NCBI GenBank assembly: GCA_002269645.1
Contig: NIVC01002635.1
Coordinates: 158,994 to 206,307, forward strand
Direction: 5' to 3'
DNA from: Macrostomum lignano
Taxonomy: Eukaryota
DNA length: 47,314 bases
The notes beneath the pieces were generated by a model, which was not told the DNA's origin, did not search any database, and saw nothing but the letters and a program-made list of their open reading frames with translations. The position numbers were made by a program, and so were the translations under genes. Each line of letters opens with the position of its first letter. The first letter of the stretch is position 1. Below, piece after piece: positions 41,111 to 47,314 of the stretch.

Positions 41111-41681
41111 CCGGCCGGTCTTATACATGCATATTACACGAGTATAAGTACATACTACTTAACATATCACATACTATGTAAATTAGGAACAAATATTTCT
41201 TATTTTCTTTGTTTTCAAAACAACAATTCATTTAAATAAGCATTAGATAACCGTTATTTTTACCATAAATTTCACTGCTACAGTGCTACTGCTAAATCAT
41301 GTATTGGTACAATAATAGAATTGCGTAAATCTTGTTAAGTTGTTGGCCGTTTAAAGCTTGGTTCAGGTTCGTAATAATTAGCTGGATTCTGTTTTTAACG
41401 TACGGTTCTTGAAAAATTGTCATTTACAGATTCAGAAAGTTTCAAAGATTTTGAATTAACATTGGTATTAATTTTTGAAATATATTCTCCCTACGTTATT
41501 TACGCGTAACTCGCATTTTTCGTGAAGTAAGAAATTTAAAACAATAAATCTTTTCTCGTTTCAAAATGATGATCAATATTTCTTCTTTGTGAATGAGTAA
41601 AAACCAGAAGAAAACGACAATCTGCGAAGCTCTTCCACACAATAGTTGTCTAAATATATCGTAATACAGAACGCTACAACG

Positions 41682-41795
41682 ATGATTCCTGATGGAAGTG
41701 TATTTGGTGCTGGGCGTTCACAAGGACTGGGTTATTCCTTTGACCCAAAGGAGTTCTTTCTGCGCCCAACTTCAATTCTTCGCATTGTAACATGG
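41682..41795 (+). CDS. SYNGR: Synaptogyrin, coding exon 1 (MIPDGSVFGAGRSQGLGYSFDPKEFFLRPTSILRIVTW)
   Basis: Manual translation from ATG at 41682 gives 38 codons ending TGG|GTAAGT (phase-0 donor). The FGAG...FDP...F...P..ILR.V.W pattern matches the synaptogyrin N-terminus (cf. human SYNGR1 YGAGKAGGAFDPYTLVRQPHTILRVVSW). Too short to appear in the ORF track. Confidence 0.9.
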
Positions 41796-42935
41796 GTAAG
41801 TAAAACTCTACTAGTGCTATGAAAGAAAAATTTCTGATCAGTAATTTTTACAGTATGTTTTTGTATATAATAAAATATGTAAAATAATATGTAAAATGTA
41901 AAATTTTAAAGATGTATTACTAGATTATAATAATTTAAATGATGTATACTATAGGTAGTATAGGTACGCCCCTAATAATCTTCATTTTTGAAAGTTTTTA
42001 TATATTTTGCAATAAACGAATAATAAGTGTCAGTTTTTTTCACATTTCTTTGTTTTATGTAACACTGCTTTTAGCTCTGTCTTTATCAAATCCCACCCTT
42101 GGTAGGTACTAGGCAAGGTGTAATAGTGCTAGCACTGCTAGTACCTCTATCCACTGTTAAGCCACCAAAGCTTTAAAGTATCTATACTTTTCGGTGCCTG
42201 TGCTTTTTGGTGCCCAGTATTTGGTGCCCTAGTTTGTTTTTTTTTGCTACATAAACTATTAAATTAGAATTAGAAACAATAAATGGACTTCTTGAACTTT
42301 AGCCTTAGGTATGTAAAATACTTTCAATTTTCCAATTTTTCTTAAAACTTTTGCCAGAGTCTTTGAGGCTGTCCAAAATTATAATAAAGCAAAGAAAACT
42401 GCTAAAGTTAACAGGAGCTCAATTTGTTAATCCCCTATGTTAGTTTTAAAGAATTGTAACAATATATATTTGAAAATTTAACTTTATTTAAAATTATGGC
42501 TTAATGGTAAATATTTTCCATAGTTGAATAAATTCATTCTAAAAACATTTAAAGGGTTAGATTTTAACTCCAATAAAAAGAGTGTCTATTCTAATTTTTC
42601 TTCACTCACTTTATTATAGTGTAGTGAGAGTACCACATCAAATTAGTGTTTTTAAAAAATGCTGATTCATGGTTCGCCACCACCCTCACCTCCTGCTTTT
42701 GATTTGCTATCATTCTCTCATGGTTGTGACTAGCTATATATTCTCTACCGACTCTACTTGCTTACCTATATTTAATTTCTACTAATTTGCATTGTCATCT
42801 CTATTCTAATTCTAAAAGGTAACTATAGCTACTAATATCAATTAGATTGTTAAAATTATAATTTTTTCTGCATGGAGGTGTTTAATAACTTGCTGATTTT
42901 TAATTTAATCTACATTACAATTTCTCCCTAGATAC

Positions 42936-44115
42936 TAGGGGTTGGACGATATTGAATTTTCGAGATTTTTGAGATTCGAGATTGGCCTCTTCAAGATATT
43001 TGAGATTCGATCAAGATTTGAGACATATAGTGGAACAACAAAAATATTTAATATATGAAATAAAGTAAATCCTCTAAATCCGCTACTGGCGGTAGGTCTA
43101 TTAGACAAGCTCCTGGGATCCCAAGAACCATCTCCAAAGGCACAGAATTCAAAATGTTAAATAAAATTTTGCCAACCCAGTAAAACAAAGTATTGCTAAC
43201 CATCATTAGCAAACAAAAATACAACTCATTGAAATAACTGGATTACACATTAAATATTCCCATGTAGATACGAGGTACCTAACTGACGAACTAGCAAGAC
43301 AAAAGAAACCATCAATGTCACATGTTGAGTGATGTATGAAACATTCACCAACACTTATTCAGACACTTCTACAGACACTTTAGTTTCTGTCGTACGAATC
43401 ATAGGAACAAGCATAAATTTGTTTATTCCTCACAAACTACCAGTAAACTGCTTTATTTTAGGCTTTTTTTGCTTTATTTTATTAAATATGAATTAGGAAG
43501 TGTCCTGGACAAATTTAACATTCTTCTTCACATGAAGAGAATCTATGCAGAATAACAAATTTCATGACTCATATTTAATAAAATAAAGCAAAAAAGCTTA
43601 AAATACAGCAGTTTACTGATAGTTTGTTAGGAATAAACAAATTTAATGCTTGTTCCTACGATTCGTACAACAGAAACTAAAGTGTCTGTAAAAGTGTCTG
43701 AATAAGTGTTGGCGAATGTTTAATACGTGTTGAGTGTTGATCTTGGACGTCAACTTCAGGTAGCCGATGAATTGCTGGAACATTAATTGTTTGAAGCAGG
43801 AATGCATTACATTACAAATAAATTGAAAATAGTAAATATATTGTTCAAAATAGCGCGCATTCTCTAATGCAAGCCATGACCATTGGCATCTGTATGCCAG
43901 CTATATATAAACTATACATTCTTCGTAACATGCAAAATTTAAACAAAATATTGACATTGACACCATCAGGCTTTATGATATGATGCTGCATGCTTCTTAT
44001 AGATTGAAATGTTTTTTCGAACATTTAATTTTTTTCTCGAATCTTGACATTTTTTTTGAGATCGTGAAGTTGAGATCGAGATTTGAGAAAACCCCGAGAT
44101 CTCGTCCGACCCCTA
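42936..44115. mobile_element. Non-autonomous hAT-like DNA transposon (1180 bp) in synaptogyrin intron 1
   Basis: 17-bp TIRs TAGGGGTTGGACGATAT / TAGGGGTCGGACGAGAT (15/17 match). Exact 8-bp TSD CTAGATAC at 42928-42935 and 44116-44123. Clustered GAGAT(T)CGAGAT subterminal motifs at both ends. No transposase ORF. Confidence 0.85.
43332..43727. mobile_element. Foldback / Mutator-like MITE nested inside the hAT element
   Basis: About 160-bp inverted arms (about 43334-43493 and 43567-43726) with few mismatches and a spacer of about 73 bp. Flanked by a 9-bp direct repeat TGTTGAGTG (43323-43331, 43728-43736). Confidence 0.75.
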
Positions 44116-44133
44116 CTAGATACCCTTAGTCTC

Positions 44134-44416
44134 TTATCTACCTAATCTACAATAGACCCCCTCTATTGAAGTTTAGGTATATGAAATCAATCCCCATGAA
44201 GATTTTCCCCATCCTAAAACCCCCTATTCCCCATGCCACGGTAGTTGGTGGTTATTGGCCCAACCCCCCTCCCTTGGGTTCAGATTTCAGAATTTATCTA
44301 TCTAATCTTCAATAGACCCCCATGCCTCTATTGAAGTTTAAGTAGGTAAAGTCAATCCCCATGAAGTTTTTCCCCACATTAAAACCCCTCCCATTCCCTA
44401 TGCCCTAGTGGTTGGC
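44134..44416. repeat. Diverged tandem duplication with period about 160 bp
   Basis: TTATCTA.CTAATCT.CAATAGACCCC..CTCTATTGAAGTTTA...TCAATCCCCATGAAG..TTTCCCCA occurs at 44134 and 44294. Confidence 0.75.
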
Positions 44417-45164
44417 TTTAAGCTACAAAAAATAAAGCTCAAATTTGAAATCAGCATTCATCAAAAACCTCTATAGAGACAAAATTATGATCCTATTAAA
44501 ACTACAACTATTTTATCTACCTAAAGTTCAAGAAGTCCCAAAAAAGTGAGCCTTAATTCAACAATAATTGCTTTCCAGTATATCTTTACTATAAATAACT
44601 AAGGTATTATTCATTTTGTTAAGCTGACCTATTGTTTCAATTTTAAAAAAAAGTTTCTCATTTTAATTAAATTTTTATTTGTCTTGATTTTTTGAGAAAT
44701 CAAAACATGATTGCATGTTACTTAAGAAATCAGAAATCAAATCAATACTAATTAATACTTCGGTAAGATTTGTCAGATTTCATAATTTCAATCAAAACTA
44801 TATGTAGCATCATTGGTGGATATCATTATTATCTAACTAAGTCTTCTTAGCTTTACCACATATTCTAAGTATAGCCTTGTATCAGAAAATGCAATTAAAT
44901 TAATTGGATTTTTCAAAATAAGAAAACATGTCAGTTTAACAAAATTTATACTGCATTTATTAAGAGAAATAAAAGTTTTATAAAATATTTATTCTATTTT
45001 TTAAGATTATTTTATTATTTAGGCATCAAAAACTAGGATATATCTAGGATACCAAAATACTAGGTACTAAAAAGCATGGGCACCAAAAAGCATGCAAACC
45101 CTCTAAAATAATCTCATTGCAAAGTTGCCCTAGAAAATTAGGATTCTATGTTATAGTTATATAA

Positions 45165-45461
45165 CATACATGCGCAACCTCCAAAATTCGGTCAGCCGTG
45201 CGACTTATTTTTAACAAAAATGCGATGTAGTTTTTGGCTAAAAATGCGACTTACATGTAAAAAAACCCTAAAGCAAAATTAACAAAACTTTGGGTAAACG
45301 GCAGGAGTAACTATAACTGTCTTATTAAGACAAAATGCCTCGTCAGCTACTTAGTACTACTACTTGGTGTTTTCTTGGGTGGGCATTTTTGCAACTTCCT
45401 TGGTTGGCCGCCAAATTGGTCGGCCGGATTGGCCGACTTGGCTGACTGTTGCGCATGTATG
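45165..45461. mobile_element. Small MITE (297 bp) in synaptogyrin intron 1
   Basis: Perfect 14-bp TIR CATACATGCGCAAC / GTTGCGCATGTATG, flanked on both sides by TTATATAA (45157-45164, 45462-45469). GTCAGCC-like subterminal motifs occur at both ends. Confidence 0.72.
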
Positions 45462-45834
45462 TTATATAATATACATTAATTCTACCTAACTAAAACTTAT
45501 AAAAATGCATGGCACAACTTGAGTCTTGACTCTGGTTTTATGAATCTATTTTATGATCTCCGTTACACATATTGTTACATAGTCAGCTAAGAATGATAAA
45601 ATATAATCATAATTTATAAAATACAATCACAATAATCATAATGAGCTAAGCCATGCTTTTTAATGGTTTTTAGGCTCAGAGCATATACAATTCTACATAG
45701 AATTAAAAATAAACAAAGCAGTTGGCCTGCTAGACTTGATCTCAATCTACAATAAGAAGTTGAACAATCAAACAAAAAAGATGCACATCGCCTGCTGTTT
45801 TTTATGGCAATTGCAAACCCCATGTTCATTGCAG

Positions 45835-46054
45835 TTCTTCTCCATAATAGTATTTGCCTGCATCAGCGCCGGTGGTTATGTTGAAGACACCTGCATCATG
45901 AATGGCGATCATGGCGCCTGCGGTTTTGGAATTTTTGTTGGCGCAATGGCATTTGTTGCTTGCATTGTCTTCCTGATTTTAGACGCTGTGTTTGCACAGT
46001 TCTCCTCTGCTGAGCACAGGAAATATACAGTGATGTCTGATATCGTGTTCTCTG
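45835..46054 (+). CDS. SYNGR: Synaptogyrin, coding exon 2 (FFSIIVFACISAGGYVEDTCIMNGDHGACGFGIFVGAMAFVACIVFLILDAVFAQFSSAEHRKYTVMSDIVFS)
   Basis: Acceptor TTCATTGCAG| at 45834 and donor TCT G|GTGAG at 46055. 220 nt, phase 0 in and phase 1 out. Contains MARVEL TM1-TM3 and the luminal Cys pair (C.MNG..GAC.FG). Confidence 0.93.
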
Positions 46055-46077
46055 GTGAGGGGCATCTAAATTGCTTT

Positions 46078-46561
46078 ACTGACTGACTGACTGACTGACT
46101 GACTGACTGACTGACTGACTGATTGACTGACTGACTGACTGACTGACTGACTGACTGACTGACTGACTGCCTCACTGACTGGCTGACTGACTCACTGACT
46201 TGAGTGAGTGGCTGACTGACTGACTGACTGACTGACTGCCTCACTGACTCACTGACTGGCTGACTGACTCACTGACTTGAGTGAGTGGCTGACTGACTGA
46301 CTGACTGACTGACTGACTGACTGACTGACTGACTGACTGACTGACTGACTGACTGACTGACTGACTGACTGACTGACTTGAGTGAGTGGGTGGGTGACTG
46401 ACTGACTGACTGACTGACTGACTGACTGACTTGAGTGAGTGGGTGGGTGACTGACTGACTGACTGACTGAATGACTGACTGACTGACTGACTGACTGACT
46501 GACTGACTGACTGACTGACTGACTGACTGACTGACTGACTGACTGACTGACTGACTGACTG
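46078..46561. repeat. (GACT)n microsatellite filling synaptogyrin intron 2
   Basis: Direct reading; 484 of 535 intron nt. Confidence 0.96.
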
Positions 46562-46589
46562 TCTAACCAAACCCGAAAAACCGTTGCAG

Positions 46590-46819
46590 CAATTTGGTCG
46601 TTTTTCTACTTCGTGGCCTTCTGCTACATGACCAACAAGCTGAGCAACACTCCGCAGGTGTTCATCGATTTGAAGCTCATTCAGCCGTGGCAGGTGTCCA
46701 ATGTCAGGGCCAGCATTGCTTTCTCATTTTTCTCTATTGGCACCTTCGCCGCGTTGGCTTATTTTGCCGTACAAAAATATCGCCAAGGAGTGCAGGGCGC
46801 TTTTGACACCACCGATCAG
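46590..46819 (+). CDS. SYNGR: Synaptogyrin, coding exon 3 (AIWSFFYFVAFCYMTNKLSNTPQVFIDLKLIQPWQVSNVRASIAFSFFSIGTFAALAYFAVQKYRQGVQGAFDTTDQ)
   Basis: Acceptor GTTGCAG| at 46589 with CTAAC branch point at 46563-46567. Phase 1 in matches exon 2. Contains the FV.FCY and RA.IAFSFFSI synaptogyrin motifs. The 3' end is placed at the likely donor CAG|GTAGGA (46820); if unspliced, the frame stops at 46849. Confidence 0.88.
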
Positions 46820-46840
46820 GTAGGAATGGAGTTTGAGCTG

Positions 46841-47314
46841 GTAGAGTGACAAGGAGAGTGACAAGGAAAGTGACAAGGAGAGTGACCGGGTAGAGTGACG
46901 AGGAGAGGGACTGGGTAGTGACAAGGAAAGTGACAAGGAGAGTGACCGGGTAGAGTGACGAGGAGAGGGACTGGGTAGTGACAAGGAGAGTGACCGGGTA
47001 GTGACAAGGAGAGTGACCGGGCAGTGAAAAGGAGAGTGACCGGGTAGAGTGACAAGGAGAGTGACTGGGTACAGTGACAAGGAGAGTGACCGGGTAGAGT
47101 GACAAGGAGAGTGACCGGGTAGAGTGACAAGGAGAGTGACCGGGTACAGTGACAAGGAGAGTGACTGGGTACAGTGACAAGGAGAGTGACCGGGTAGAGT
47201 GACGAGGAGAGTGACCGGGTAGAGTGACCGGTAGAGTGACAAGGAGAGTGACCGGTAGAGTGACAAGGAGAGTGACCGGGTAGAGTGACAAGGAGAGTGA
47301 CCGGTAGAGTGACA
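46841..47314. repeat. 25-bp minisatellite GGGTAGAGTGACAAGGAGAGTGACC (two AGAGTGAC half-units), running to the window end
   Basis: Period measured as GGGTA at 47042 and 47067. Confidence 0.9.

Noticed and set aside
39568-41181. Several 65-85 aa ORFs upstream of synaptogyrin
   Set aside because: They overlap on both strands, show no recognisable domain, and have lengths expected by chance.
45736-45834. ORF-track N-terminal extension (MISIYNKKLNNQTKKMHIACC...) of synaptogyrin exon 2
   Set aside because: This is intronic read-through upstream of the acceptor; the true N-terminus is the exon at 41682-41795.

Overview
This is eukaryotic (animal) genomic DNA, dominated by tandem repeats. It is not bacterial or phage, and it has no CRISPR array, rRNA or tRNA that I can recognise. 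The one gene I can identify confidently is a + strand synaptogyrin (MARVEL-domain synaptic vesicle protein). Its three coding exons are at 41682-41795, 45835-46054 and 46590-46819, and it probably continues beyond the window. About half the window is tandem repeat: a 14.5-kb satellite of a 45-bp palindromic unit (16869-31335, about 320 copies) plus about 20 micro- and minisatellites with 2-34 bp units. Nearly all long ORFs in the supplied track are artefacts of these repeats. The most notable structures are: (i) the 45-bp array is bounded by an exact 6-bp direct repeat (AATTAC), and its variants are layered symmetrically, older at both edges and homogeneous in the core; (ii) synaptogyrin intron 1 holds nested non-autonomous DNA transposons with readable TIRs and TSDs (a hAT-like element with an 8-bp TSD containing a foldback/Mutator-like element with a 9-bp TSD, plus a second small MITE); (iii) unrelated minisatellites carry higher-order periods of 176, 182 and 204 bp; (iv) a possible unannotated 3-exon minus-strand gene end lies at 33159-34966. 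Abundant CpG and very high simple-repeat content suggest an invertebrate, possibly a Macrostomum-like flatworm, but that is inference only. I found no protein-coding machinery for a new biological system.
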